Positions 1 to 8,402 of a DNA stretch of 20,000 bases are shown in pieces (position 1 is the stretch's first letter; every line of letters begins with the position of its first letter). Below the pieces are notes generated by a model. That model ran no database searches and was not told the DNA's origin. It worked only from the letters and a program-made list of their open reading frames with translations. Made by a program: the position numbers and the translations under genes. Origin of the DNA: an uncultured virus (IMG/VR IMGVR_UViG_3300027706_000278) (Duplodnaviria > Heunggongvirae > Uroviricota > Caudoviricetes); the IMG/VR virus record IMGVR_UViG_3300027706_000278. One strand, given 5' to 3'.

Positions 1-2057
1 TGGATGCGCTCCTGCGCTTTGAAAACGTCCTCCCACTCCTTCAACTGCTCCTTGGTGGGCAGGAACAACTCCAGGAACTTCCTCTGCTGATCAACGCGAC
101 GCTTCTGGTCGTACTCCTCGAACTTCTCCCAGGAGTCCTTGAGGATCTTGCCCGCCTGCTCGTCGGCAGACTTGCGGATGGCCGCGATCTGCTCCTCGGT
201 CGCCTTTAGCTGGACCGCCTGCTTCAACAGCAGATCGCGCTCGTAGTAAATCTTGCCGATGGCGTCGAGTTCGGCCTCATCGCCCTTCTTGATGAACGCC
301 TGGGCTTCCGTCAGGAACTTCTTGCGCTCCGTCTCGGCGTCGAGCGACGCCTTGGCGCGTGCCTCGCGGCCCTGCGCCTCGACCAGCCTCTTGTTGAGGT
401 CGGAGGCCTCCGTCTTGGTGAGGGGGTGCTCGGGTTGGAACAATTGCTTCCGGTAGTTATCAACGTCCTTCTTGGCCTGCTGGTACGCCTCCTCGATCCC
501 GTCGTGCGTGCCGAAGTACCGGGCGCGCAGGCCGTCCACGTAAGACTTGCCCTGCTTGAGATCAGTGCGGCGCGTCGCCTGCTCGGCGGCATCGAGTTTG
601 CGCTGAAGGTCGTCGATCTGCTTCTGGAGCGCGTCGGCCTTCTTCATGCGATCCAGTTCTTCCCGGGTCGGGGCGAGCATCTGCACCCAGCCGAAATTGC
701 CGGTGAGATTCTCCTTCTGCTGCCGCAGGTCCGCGATCTGGCGCTCGATCAGTTCGCGGTCGCGCATAATGCCGGGCGCGAGCTTCTCCATCTGCGCTTG
801 CAGGCTGCGGTGCGCGCTCCTCGACATGCGGAGGCCCAAATCGCCGGACTCGGCCAGCACGCCAGGCTCGCCACGCATTCTGCCAATCGCCGCGGCGTCC
901 TGTCGCGCCTGTTCCTCCTCGCGCCGTTCACGCGCTTCGTCCCCGGCCGGGGTGATGTTATTCAGGAACCATTCGGCGGCATTGCCGATGAAGTTGATGG
1001 GGATGACGATCCCTTCCTTGAGCTTCCGGATCAGCGCATCCCACTTCGTTTCAAGCTGCGCCACTTCGCGCTGGTACTCCATGAAGCGCCGGATGTCGTC
1101 CTCGTCGGGGCCGAATCCCTGCTCCTTGGCGATTCGCAGGTTCTCGTTCAACTCCGTCATGAACGGAATGGCCTCGATGCCCACGCGCTTGAACAGATCC
1201 ATGGCGGCGGCATCGCGCTGGAGGCCTTCGGGCAGCTTATCGAGGCCCTCGGAGATCTCGACCAGGATCTCGGCGGTCGGCTTCATGTCGCCACTGGCGG
1301 TGCGCAGCTCGATGCCCATGCGCTGCAGCGTGGCGCGCGCCTTCTCGCCCTCGCGCGACGTGTCGTCGGCGGCCTGCGACAGACCACGCATCAGGCGCTC
1401 GACGATGGAGATGTCCTGGCCGACCGCCTTGGCCGCGAAACTGAACTGGCCGACCTCCTTGGCGGTCAGGCCAGTGCGCAACTCCGCATCCTTGACCTGC
1501 ACACCATAAGCGCCGAGGCTCTTGGCCGCCTCCCAACCCGCCGCTGCCAGCGCAGTGAGGACCCCGACGCCGACCCCGAGCGTCGCGCCCATGCCGCCTA
1601 CTTTTTCCATCAAGCCGGCCGCAGCTTCCTTGGCGCCGTTGAGCGGATCGCGGATCATCTGCTCGATCCGCTTGCCGAAGCCTTCGAGACCACCGCCCTC
1701 TTTCTTCTGCTCGACGGCGATCATCTTCTCGTAGGCGGCGCGGACGCGATTGACCATGCTCTCTTCCACGCCGAGCTTCTGGATCAGGCGGTCCCGTTCG
1801 GCGACGAGGCGGTCCACGCCGGTCTTGCCGTACGCGGCGGCCTGCTTCTCAACGGCCTGCGTCAGGCGCTCCAGGGAGTTGCGCTGTTTATCGTTGACCT
1901 TGACCAGCAGGTCAGCCATCCGCTCCAGCGACTTCTGCATCCGGTCGCCGGCGCCGACGACACCCTTCTCCCACGACTCCACGTCCTTGTTGGCCTGGAC
2001 AATGGCTTGGTGGATGCTGCGCGGATCGACTTCGAGGACGACCGATTCCTGATCCAT
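1..2057 (-). CDS. Tail tape measure protein, 5' part (about 685 codons; runs off the left edge)
   Basis: Manual translation from ATG at 2057 gives MDQESVVLEVDPRSIHQAIVQANKDVESWEKG...; helical, Ala/Glu/Lys-rich, with a hydrophobic GATLGVGVGVLTALAAAGW stretch and a TMP-like ELRTGLTAKEVGQFSFAAKAVG segment. No in-frame stop seen. Located downstream of tail tube and chaperone. Absent from the ORF track, apparently because its stop lies outside the window. Confidence 0.88.
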   Translation of the reverse strand, partial: MDQESVVLEVDPRSIHQAIVQANKDVESWEKGVVGAGDRMQKSLERMADLLVKVNDKQRNSLERLTQAVEKQAAAYGKTGVDRLVAERDRLIQKLGVEESMVNRVRAAYEKMIAVEQKKEGGGLEGFGKRIEQMIRDPLNGAKEAAAGLMEKVGGMGATLGVGVGVLTALAAAGWEAAKSLGAYGVQVKDAELRTGLTAKEVGQFSFAAKAVGQDISIVERLMRGLSQAADDTSREGEKARATLQRMGIELRTASGDMKPTAEILVEISEGLDKLPEGLQRDAAAMDLFKRVGIEAIPFMTELNENLRIAKEQGFGPDEDDIRRFMEYQREVAQLETKWDALIRKLKEGIVIPINFIGNAAEWFLNNITPAGDEARERREEEQARQDAAAIGRMRGEPGVLAESGDLGLRMSRSAHRSLQAQMEKLAPGIMRDRELIERQIADLRQQKENLTGNFGWVQMLAPTREELDRMKKADALQKQIDDLQRKLDAAEQATRRTDLKQGKSYVDGLRARYFGTHDGIEEAYQQAKKDVDNYRKQLFQPEHPLTKTEASDLNKRLVEAQGREARAKASLDAETERKKFLTEAQAFIKKGDEAELDAIGKIYYERDLLLKQAVQLKATEEQIAAIRKSADEQAGKILKDSWEKFEEYDQKRRVDQQRKFLELFLPTKEQLKEWEDVFKAQERI

Positions 2058-2105
2058 TTATTTAAGCGGCTGTCCGACGCCGAGTCGGTCGATGTGGAGT
2101 AATCC

Positions 2106-2114
2106 TGCTACTAT
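2106..2114 (+). promoter_or_regulatory. Putative extended -10 promoter (TGcTACTAT) for the antisense membrane-protein gene
   Basis: TG-n-TACTAT ends 8 nt upstream of the ATG at 2123; no well-spaced SD is present. Confidence 0.4.
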
Positions 2115-2122
2115 GCGGAGAA

Positions 2123-2461
2123 ATGCCCGATAACGAAGAGGAACCCCAAGAGGAGTTCGAAGAAGAACCGGAGGGTGAACCACCTTCGGGTTTCGACGAG
2201 CTGCTATTCGCTCTTGCTGAGGCGCTTCGGAGCAAACGCTCAAAAGAGGCGATAGCGAACCTCATTGAGCAATACGCTCGCGAGATGCCCATTGCAGCCA
2301 AGCGCAAGCACCGTGCGATGCTGTGGTCATACGGATTCACCGTGGTCGTTGTCGCTGCTGTCGGCGCGCTTGGCTATCTAAAAGTCATCACGAATGAGAC
2401 TACGGGCACTTTGCTTGGAGCAATTGTTGGTGCTCTCTTTTACGGGCGACGCTCAAACTGA
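2123..2461 (+). CDS. Small membrane protein (acidic N-terminus, two C-terminal hydrophobic helices); moron-like
   Basis: 112-aa ORF that fills the gap between two minus-strand tail genes. Hydrophobic segments LWSYGFTVVVVAAVGALGYL and TGTLLGAIVGALFYG. Lower GC than its flanks. Confidence 0.8.
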   Translation: MPDNEEEPQEEFEEEPEGEPPSGFDELLFALAEALRSKRSKEAIANLIEQYAREMPIAAKRKHRAMLWSYGFTVVVVAAVGALGYLKVITNETTGTLLGAIVGALFYGRRSN

Positions 2462-2462
2462 A

Positions 2463-2912
2463 TTACGCCGCCTTTCTCACGGAGATTACTCGCGCGGTGC
2501 GCAAGACCGTCTTGATGGCCGCGACCATGACCTGACGGTCCTTCGGAGAGATGCCGAACGCGCGCTCGCGCAGGTTGTTCACGTGCGCGATCAGGTCTGC
2601 GTTCGGATCGATGAAACCGATTACGCAACGGTTCTCGCTCGCCTGCTTCACCTTCAGTGCGCGCAATGTGTGGCCCGTCCAAAACCAATCGCGGAACGGC
2701 TGGAGACCGCGCGCGGATTTGTAATCCGGATACCCACGATGGCCGTTGCGCCCCGGCTTCAACGGCTTTGCCTGCTGATCGTTGACGTTCAGACCCTTAT
2801 GGAGACGGTCCTTGATCGAATCCACCACCACGTTGCCGATGGCCAGCATGTCCTCGGACGTGAACGGCCCAAGGACAAAACGGGCGCGCGTGATCTTGGC
2901 CTGGAACGGCAT
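2463..2912 (-). CDS. Putative virion morphogenesis / tail-completion (neck) protein, Mu gpG / P2 gpS-like
   Basis: 149 aa, basic; pattern PLKP..Y..YK...G.....TG.TL..L......IG......A..NN...RAFGISPKD resembles this family's RPFLG(I/L)S..D C-terminal signature. Confidence 0.6.
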   Translation of the reverse strand: MPFQAKITRARFVLGPFTSEDMLAIGNVVVDSIKDRLHKGLNVNDQQAKPLKPGRNGHRGYPDYKSARGLQPFRDWFWTGHTLRALKVKQASENRCVIGFIDPNADLIAHVNNLRERAFGISPKDRQVMVAAIKTVLRTARVISVRKAA

Positions 2913-2916
2913 GGCT

Positions 2917-3171
2917 TCAACCGACGCGGACGCGGCTGATCGGCACCACCAACTGGCGCTTCTGCGGGGGCACCACGGCAGTCTTCATCTGGATGTTCTG
3001 GATGCCGACGATGGCCAGATGCAGGAGGCTGCCGCAGGCGGGGCAGGCGACCTGCTTCGGGTGCTCGATGACGATGGCGGTGCTGCCGACGCCGGACGAG
3101 AAGCGGATCTGGGGGTCGATTTCCATCTCGACGGGCGTGCCGCACATGGCGCAAGGCGGGGTGGGGTTCAT
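2917..3171 (-). CDS. Small zinc-ribbon protein
   Basis: 84 aa with CAMC and CPAC pairs; ATGA overlap with the upstream stop at 3168-3171. Confidence 0.75.
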   Translation of the reverse strand: MNPTPPCAMCGTPVEMEIDPQIRFSSGVGSTAIVIEHPKQVACPACGSLLHLAIVGIQNIQMKTAVVPPQKRQLVVPISRVRVG

Positions 3172-3626
3172 TCAGTTGGCCTCGGTAGTTGGATTTGGTT
3201 GTTGTGAGCCTGCTCCCGCTGGTAGCGGTCGCGTTCTTCCTTGAGGATCTGGAGGCCGCGGACCTCTTCTGCGGTCACGTCGCTCCACGGGATCGAGAAG
3301 TGGGCTGCGTCGAACTCCAGCTCGAGGACCCGCTCAAAGAGGCGGCCGGACGCCGAGTGCGAGCGCACGTAATCCAGGTCGTCCAGCCGGCAATGCGAGC
3401 AGCGATTGATTGTGTACTGCACGGAGCCGCAGTGCGGGCAGGCGCCAGGCGCGTTGGTATCGCCAACGGTGCGCTGGTGCCCGCACTTATCGCAGGTCAC
3501 ATCGTTGGCATCCGGGCACCCGCGCGGGCCGTGCGCGCCTCCATCGCAAAGGTCCTCCTGGCGGATCGAGCGATGGACGAGGAGCCGGAGAGGGACCGGA
3601 TGCGGCCACTCGTCCGGCCCTAGGAG
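3168..3626 (-). CDS. Frameshift extension (gpT-equivalent) of the tail assembly chaperone; Cys-rich
   Basis: The -1 frame is open from the slippery site (LLGPDEWPHPVPLRLLVHRSIRQEDLCDGGAHGPRGCPDANDV) into the listed 3168..3500 ORF, which contains CDKC, CPHC and CSHC. Confidence 0.8.
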   Translation of the reverse strand, partial: LLGPDEWPHPVPLRLLVHRSIRQEDLCDGGAHGPRGCPDANDVTCDKCGHQRTVGDTNAPGACPHCGSVQYTINRCSHCRLDDLDYVRSHSASGRLFERVLELEFDAAHFSIPWSDVTAEEVRGLQILKEERDRYQREQAHNNQIQLPRPTE

Positions 3627-3632
3627 TTTGGG
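3593..3632 (-). promoter_or_regulatory. Programmed -1 ribosomal frameshift signal
   Basis: In-phase heptamer C CCA AAC (3632-3626), 5-nt spacer, then an 8-bp stem GGGCCGGA (3620-3613) / UCCGGUCC (3600-3593). Confidence 0.82.
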
Positions 3633-4234
3633 TCGAGCGAGGGGTCCATGTCCTCGATGGCCTGGACCAGTTCGACCACGACCGCCGATTTGTGGTGCGG
3701 CGGCACGTCGGCGGCCTTGTAGCCATCGGCATAACCCTCGATCTTGCTCACCGTCGAATCGTACAGATCCATGGCAGGCTCGATGCGGTAACGCAACTCC
3801 TCCTGGCCATGAGGCAGATCGGTAGAGGAGACGACCGTGCGGCGGTACACGGTGATATCCCGCTGCGTCGGGATTTTCATCGTGTGAACGGTGTCGCCGA
3901 ACGGCGTCTTGAGCGTGATCTGGTACTCGTCGCCCACGCGCTCGCAGCCGGTCACGTCGCAGAACGTGAGCTTCGAGATCGCATTGCCGGCCTCGAACTC
4001 GTCGAACTCCGGGCCGTCCTTGTCCAACCGGATCTGGTTGAACAAGGCGAGATCGGCCTTGGGATTCGAGACGTACTCCGTCTGCGACTTGCGCCGGCCG
4101 ATGGTGCGCCGGATCGACTTCTGCTGCGCCAGACGGCCCAGCATCTCCTCGGTGGTCGGGAGGCGAACGCGGGCCGTCTTGGGCGGGTTGGGCACGCGAA
4201 TGGCGATGCCCTCGTTGGGAATGCTGCCGTACAT
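3620..4234 (-). CDS. Tail assembly chaperone (gpG-equivalent), 204 aa
   Basis: Start reassigned to the ATG at 4234 (MYGSIPNEG), which is preceded by AGGAG. Directly follows the tail tube gene and ends in a slippery heptamer just before its stop. Confidence 0.8.
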   Translation of the reverse strand: MYGSIPNEGIAIRVPNPPKTARVRLPTTEEMLGRLAQQKSIRRTIGRRKSQTEYVSNPKADLALFNQIRLDKDGPEFDEFEAGNAISKLTFCDVTGCERVGDEYQITLKTPFGDTVHTMKIPTQRDITVYRRTVVSSTDLPHGQEELRYRIEPAMDLYDSTVSKIEGYADGYKAADVPPHHKSAVVVELVQAIEDMDPSLDPNS

Positions 4235-4254
4235 AGATACTCCTGGGAGTGGAT

Positions 4255-5268
4255 TTACTGCGCGATACCGGAAATGCCGCACTTCGTCGTGACCGACAGC
4301 ACCGTGTTCTGGGTGGTGTTGTACTGGGGCGCGCCGGTCACGGTCACCGCCACGATGCCATCGGCTTCGGCGTTCTCGACGATCTGGAACGCCATCTGCG
4401 GGAAGCTGAAAGACACCGAATTGCCCGCGTCGTGCTGGACGCTGAGCGTCGCCGTGCCGGTGGTCTGGTTGACGAGCGTGTTGTACTCGGTCGATCCCGA
4501 AAGCAACCGCGCGGTGAACTGGAACGACGGCACGCGGGCGCCGATTTCCAGGCGGCCGCGGACCTGGAGGCCATTCTGCAAGCCGGAGCCGGGGAAGAAT
4601 CCCGCGTTCAGGAGGAGGTTGTTCTTCCAGCCGATGCTGCCCGACAGAATGCGCTTCGTCGCCACGTAATCGACGCCGTTGACCGACAGCGACATCGAAG
4701 CCGCAAGCATGTTGTTCTCGGTCGTGAGCGCCGGCACCGTGATGCCCGAAGGCGTGGTCAGCAGGCCAGAGCCGACCCAGTTGACCGTCATCTTCGAGGA
4801 GGCGCGGCCAGGCCCGTAGTTGAACTGATACGTGAAGTCTTCGATGGCGCAGCCGACATAAAGATTATCGACCGCGCTGCCACCGCCCTCGGCAACCTGC
4901 TCGACCACCGAGAAGTACGGCAGCTCGATGGTGGTGCCGGGATCGATCGGCACGATGGTATAGGTGTAGGGCGCGGACGAGCCGGTCATCGTCACGTTGC
5001 CAAGAGCATAAGCGGTTGCCCAGGTCACGAATTCCGCGCTGGCGTACTTCTCGATGCGGTTCGCGACGTCGTAGTGCGACGGGAACGTCTGGAAGATGAA
5101 CTCGTTCTGCTTGCCGATTTCGGCAGCGTCGTTCTCGAACACCGGCTTCGGCGTCGTGACCGTGGTGTCGATCTTCTTCAGGCGCAGGAACGTGGACCCG
5201 GCAGTCGAGATGTTGGTCTGCTTGTTCTTGCCGAGGCCCAGGATGAGTTGCTGAATTCTCGCGGCCAT
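4255..5268 (-). CDS. Major tail (tube) protein
   Basis: 337 aa, Thr/Ser/Gly-rich, beta-type composition, YVGCAIEDFTYQF motif, located between terminator-like and chaperone genes, AAGGAG SD. Confidence 0.8.
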   Translation of the reverse strand: MAARIQQLILGLGKNKQTNISTAGSTFLRLKKIDTTVTTPKPVFENDAAEIGKQNEFIFQTFPSHYDVANRIEKYASAEFVTWATAYALGNVTMTGSSAPYTYTIVPIDPGTTIELPYFSVVEQVAEGGGSAVDNLYVGCAIEDFTYQFNYGPGRASSKMTVNWVGSGLLTTPSGITVPALTTENNMLAASMSLSVNGVDYVATKRILSGSIGWKNNLLLNAGFFPGSGLQNGLQVRGRLEIGARVPSFQFTARLLSGSTEYNTLVNQTTGTATLSVQHDAGNSVSFSFPQMAFQIVENAEADGIVAVTVTGAPQYNTTQNTVLSVTTKCGISGIAQ

Positions 5269-5272
5269 GGAT

Positions 5273-5476
5273 TTACTCCTTCACCTGCTGGTAGCCGAGG
5301 CCCATGATCGGAATGAGCTTCTCGGGGACGGCATCGACCTCCTTGATGTCGCCAGTGTGGGGGTGGCGCAGCCGGACCTTGCCGGGCGCGGGCGGGGCGG
5401 CGGGCGCTGCGGCCTGCGCCTCCAACTTCTCGATGGCCGCCGCCACGTCGGCCATCTCTTGCTTCAGATCAGGCAT
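5273..5476 (-). CDS. Hypothetical 67-aa phage protein
   Basis: Start reassigned to the ATG at 5476 (MPDLKQEMADV), with TGATG overlap with the upstream gene and a GGAG SD. Confidence 0.7.
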   Translation of the reverse strand: MPDLKQEMADVAAAIEKLEAQAAAPAAPPAPGKVRLRHPHTGDIKEVDAVPEKLIPIMGLGYQQVKE

Positions 5477-5964
5477 CAGTTGTCTCCAATCTCTGGTATG
5501 ACCAGCGTGCCCACGAAGCGGTCCTGCAAGTCCTCGTCGAGCGCGTGGGCGACGCTCGGCGTGTCCATGATGTCGAGGCCGGGATAAAGGTGCATGTACC
5601 GGATACCAACCGGGCTGCCAGCGGGAGGCTGGTTGCAAAGGATCGACCACAGGTCCTCGTACCCGACTGGCTCGCTCAGGCCGGCCGCGTTTCCCATGCG
5701 GAAATACACGTTGAAGCGGTGCTTCCAAATGGTCTGGCCGTCGAAATTCCCGCCCTGCGTGCCATCCCACGCCACGAGCATCGAGGGCGCGGGCATTTTA
5801 TAAATCCGCTGCGCCAGGCGGTAATCCATGCCCAAGCGGTAATGGAAAGCCTCGATCCGGCAAACCGGGCTCTGACCCTCCAGCACGGTCATCGCGGCGG
5901 CCAGATCCGGAATCGTCTGGAGCACGCCGGCGATGGCATCCACAATAGGCGATGCGTTCAGCAT
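5476..5964 (-). CDS. Putative tail terminator / tail completion protein, 162 aa
   Basis: Start at ATG 5964 (MLNASPIVDAIAGVL), TAATG overlap. Size, alpha/beta pattern and position before the tail tube fit; function is inferred from synteny. Confidence 0.6.
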   Translation of the reverse strand: MLNASPIVDAIAGVLQTIPDLAAAMTVLEGQSPVCRIEAFHYRLGMDYRLAQRIYKMPAPSMLVAWDGTQGGNFDGQTIWKHRFNVYFRMGNAAGLSEPVGYEDLWSILCNQPPAGSPVGIRYMHLYPGLDIMDTPSVAHALDEDLQDRFVGTLVIPEIGDN

Positions 5965-6281
5965 TACGTGGTCCTGAGCTTCAAAACGGCGCCGCCCTGC
6001 ACGTCCACCGCGACCTCCAGCACGTCGTACACGACGCCGTTGATCGTAATGGTGTCTCCATGCTGCGGCGGCGGGCTGATGTTGGCGAACCGGACGAATA
6101 ACCGAACCACCGAGGTGCCCTGAACGCTGCCGGGGACGTAATCTTCGGCTATCGCCGGAGTCTGAATGATGCCGGTGATCTGCTGCGGCCCGGAACCATC
6201 CTGCGGGGTGAACGTGACCGGCGTGCCGAAGGCTGCGATGCAAGCCGTGTCCATCGCGTTGACAAGATCGGCGAACGCCAT
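5964..6281 (-). CDS. Head-tail joining (head closure, gpFII-like) protein
   Basis: 105 aa with FG.PVTF.P and P..GD.ITING..Y.V..V..D..G...L.L pattern typical of head-tail attachment proteins. Confidence 0.78.
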   Translation of the reverse strand: MAFADLVNAMDTACIAAFGTPVTFTPQDGSGPQQITGIIQTPAIAEDYVPGSVQGTSVVRLFVRFANISPPPQHGDTITINGVVYDVLEVAVDVQGGAVLKLRTT

Positions 6282-6282
6282 G

Positions 6283-6579
6283 CTATTGCGCCGGGGTGAT
6301 GAACAGCGTGCCGCCCGAGGCGACCTGGAGTACCGCGATCTTGTCCGTCTGGGCGATCACGAAGTTCTCGGGCATCTTCGCCGGCAGGAACATGTTGGTG
6401 GCGGTCGCCGTAGGGTTCGAGCCGATGGCGATATAGCAATCCGCGGTCGCCACCAGGCGCACCACGTCCGCGCCAATCGGCGCAGCCGTGGCGACCGAGG
6501 AGGACCCGATGGCAAGGGTCTGGGTGGTGCCGGGATTGAGCGCCGGGAAAGACGCCCGGTTGAGGCCAATGGTCCTCAT
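6283..6579 (-). CDS. Small beta-rich putative virion accessory protein
   Basis: 98 aa, Ala/Thr-rich alternating beta-strand pattern, tightly packed in the head-gene cluster. Confidence 0.65.
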   Translation of the reverse strand: MRTIGLNRASFPALNPGTTQTLAIGSSSVATAAPIGADVVRLVATADCYIAIGSNPTATATNMFLPAKMPENFVIAQTDKIAVLQVASGGTLFITPAQ

Positions 6580-6583
6580 GGCG

Positions 6584-7084
6584 CTACCCCAGCGTCAGCA
6601 CCGAGTACCAGACTGTCACGATGGCCGTGCCATTGCCCGACGCGAACGCAGCGGTCGCGTTGGTGATGTCCAGGCCCAAGTTGATCGCGGTCTGGAGGTC
6701 GATAGCGGCGCTGGTGTTCGGGCCGAGGTACTGCACGTCATCGGAGGCGGCGTTGATCACGCTGGCGGCCACGCTGCCCGTGTGCGGCGTGATCGAGGTC
6801 CCGTGATACTGGAACGTGACGGCGCCGCCGCCCGAGAACTGGCTGCTCCCGTGCTTGAACTGGAACGCGATGGCGTCGATGATGAGCACCTTGCCAGCGC
6901 CCGGCGCCGGCAGAATGCTGACCGGCGTGGTCTTCATCGCCTGAATGTTCGCCGCCGTCAGCGTAACCGTGGCGACCTGCTGCACCAGCGGGTTCAGGGC
7001 GGCGCTGCCAATGTTCTTGAGCGTGCTGCCGTCGCCCTGAAACTGCGGCGCGTTAATTGCGGTTTTGTGGATTTCGAGAGCCAT
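6584..7084 (-). CDS. Putative capsid decoration / head-surface protein, 166 aa
   Basis: Start reassigned to the ATG at 7084 (MALEIHKT), preceded by GAAAGGAG. Beta-rich Ala/Thr/Gly composition; lies downstream of the capsid gene. Confidence 0.65.
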   Translation of the reverse strand: MALEIHKTAINAPQFQGDGSTLKNIGSAALNPLVQQVATVTLTAANIQAMKTTPVSILPAPGAGKVLIIDAIAFQFKHGSSQFSGGGAVTFQYHGTSITPHTGSVAASVINAASDDVQYLGPNTSAAIDLQTAINLGLDITNATAAFASGNGTAIVTVWYSVLTLG

Positions 7085-7376
7085 CCTTCTTCTCCTTTCC
7101 CGCTCTGTGCGGGGCGGCGGGCTTCGCATGCTGCGGAGGCTGCTGCCGCCCCGATTTGAGCAGCGCGATTTCCAGATCCGGCCACGGGCCCACACGACGC
7201 TGCTCGTACATCTGGCGGGCGCGCATCATCTGGAACTTGTTGGCCGGGTCAGGGGCCGGGTACTCGTCGCCTACGTTCGGCGGTGTCCACCCGCCCGAGA
7301 GCGGGCGCAGCACGTAAAGCGGCGGCACGCCGTCCTTGGTCAACTGCGCCCAGTTGGGTCTGCGGTAAAACGCCAT
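7053..7376 (-). CDS. Hypothetical protein following the capsid gene (gpFI position)
   Basis: 107 aa; starts 2 nt after the capsid stop and has a disordered basic C-terminus. Confidence 0.65.
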   Translation of the reverse strand: MAFYRRPNWAQLTKDGVPPLYVLRPLSGGWTPPNVGDEYPAPDPANKFQMMRARQMYEQRRVGPWPDLEIALLKSGRQQPPQHAKPAAPHRAGKEKKDGSRNPQNRN

Positions 7377-7378
7377 GG

Positions 7379-8383
7379 CTACACCGCCGAGATGACGTTG
7401 TTGAAGAAGAAGCCGCAGTCCTTCGAGACGATCCGCATATCGAACGCGGAATCGATCTCCACGCGGTCGCTGGCGAGGTGCTCCATGCGGAACGTCTTAA
7501 TCCGCAGGCCGGCGCCGCCCGTGCTGCCGATCAGGCCGGTCCAGTTGAACGTGTACCCGGCGCTCGGGGTCATCAGACCGGCGTTGCGCGGCCGGTAGAA
7601 CAGCGCGGCCGACAGCCCGCCGATGAAGGAGTTGGACTCGGTCCCGCCCTCGGCGGCCGTGTTGTACACCGAATCCATCACGAGGACCTCTTCCAGTTCC
7701 AGGATCTCGGCGATGATCCGGCGCGTCGCCATGGCCGGATTGGGCGCCGTCTGGCCGTACTTGGTACGGTCGATGAAGTCGGGGTGATCGACCAGCTTGT
7801 CGAACACGGCGCGCGAGAACACGCCGATGTTGGCCGTGAACCCGCCCGAGTTCAGGCGCATCTGGGTCTTCGCGTGGCGGATGTCCGTGATAGGAGCCGA
7901 CGTGGCGTAATCCCAATACATCACGTGCGTGCTGTCGGCGGTCGCCTGTCCAGCGACTTCGCCGGTCCACACACCGGACTTGAAGAACGTGCCAGCCCAG
8001 ACGTTCTCACGGCGGATAAGGGCCTTGTTCGTCAGAAAGATAGTGGCATCGCGATCCGGCGACAGCGGGGTGTCGCTGTTGGCGCGGATCTGGTCGTCCA
8101 CGTCCTTGTGGAGCGCCCAGACGTTGCAGCTATACGTGCCCGTCGAATCGAGCCCGTAGCCGGAGCCGGCAGACTCGGTCGCGATGGCGCGCAACTGCAT
8201 TTCGTCGCGGTTGAAGTCGGCGCGCTTATACGTGTAGTACAAGTCGCTCTTCATCTCGACGGGGATGCCGGGGAACGCGCGGTCGGCAACAAACTCAACG
8301 CCAGCCGCCTCCTGGCTGTAAGCCACCGAGATGTTCGTCAGCGGGCGGTTCACGTGAACGTCGCCCAAAGTCGGTTGAGGCAT
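7379..8383 (-). CDS. Major capsid protein (HK97 fold, lambda gpE-related family)
   Basis: 334 aa; N-terminal PLTNISVAY.Q....FVAD..FP..PV motif, P..DI segment, C-terminal G.FF.NVI; strong AAGGAG SD; located after protease and cement genes. Confidence 0.92.
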   Translation of the reverse strand: MPQPTLGDVHVNRPLTNISVAYSQEAAGVEFVADRAFPGIPVEMKSDLYYTYKRADFNRDEMQLRAIATESAGSGYGLDSTGTYSCNVWALHKDVDDQIRANSDTPLSPDRDATIFLTNKALIRRENVWAGTFFKSGVWTGEVAGQATADSTHVMYWDYATSAPITDIRHAKTQMRLNSGGFTANIGVFSRAVFDKLVDHPDFIDRTKYGQTAPNPAMATRRIIAEILELEEVLVMDSVYNTAAEGGTESNSFIGGLSAALFYRPRNAGLMTPSAGYTFNWTGLIGSTGGAGLRIKTFRMEHLASDRVEIDSAFDMRIVSKDCGFFFNNVISAV

Positions 8384-8402
8384 TTACTTGTTTCTCCTTC
8401 CC

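Noticed and set aside
426..2102. 558-aa plus-strand ORF
   Set aside because: Codon-aligned antisense shadow of the tape measure gene; Leu/Arg-rich sequence with no motifs.
2058..2243. 61-aa minus-strand ORF whose TAA abuts the tape measure ATG
   Set aside because: Overlaps the better-supported antisense membrane gene and has no SD or protein-like features; adjacency may be chance.
3410..5307. 419-aa and 352-aa plus-strand ORFs
   Set aside because: Shadows of the chaperone and tail tube genes.
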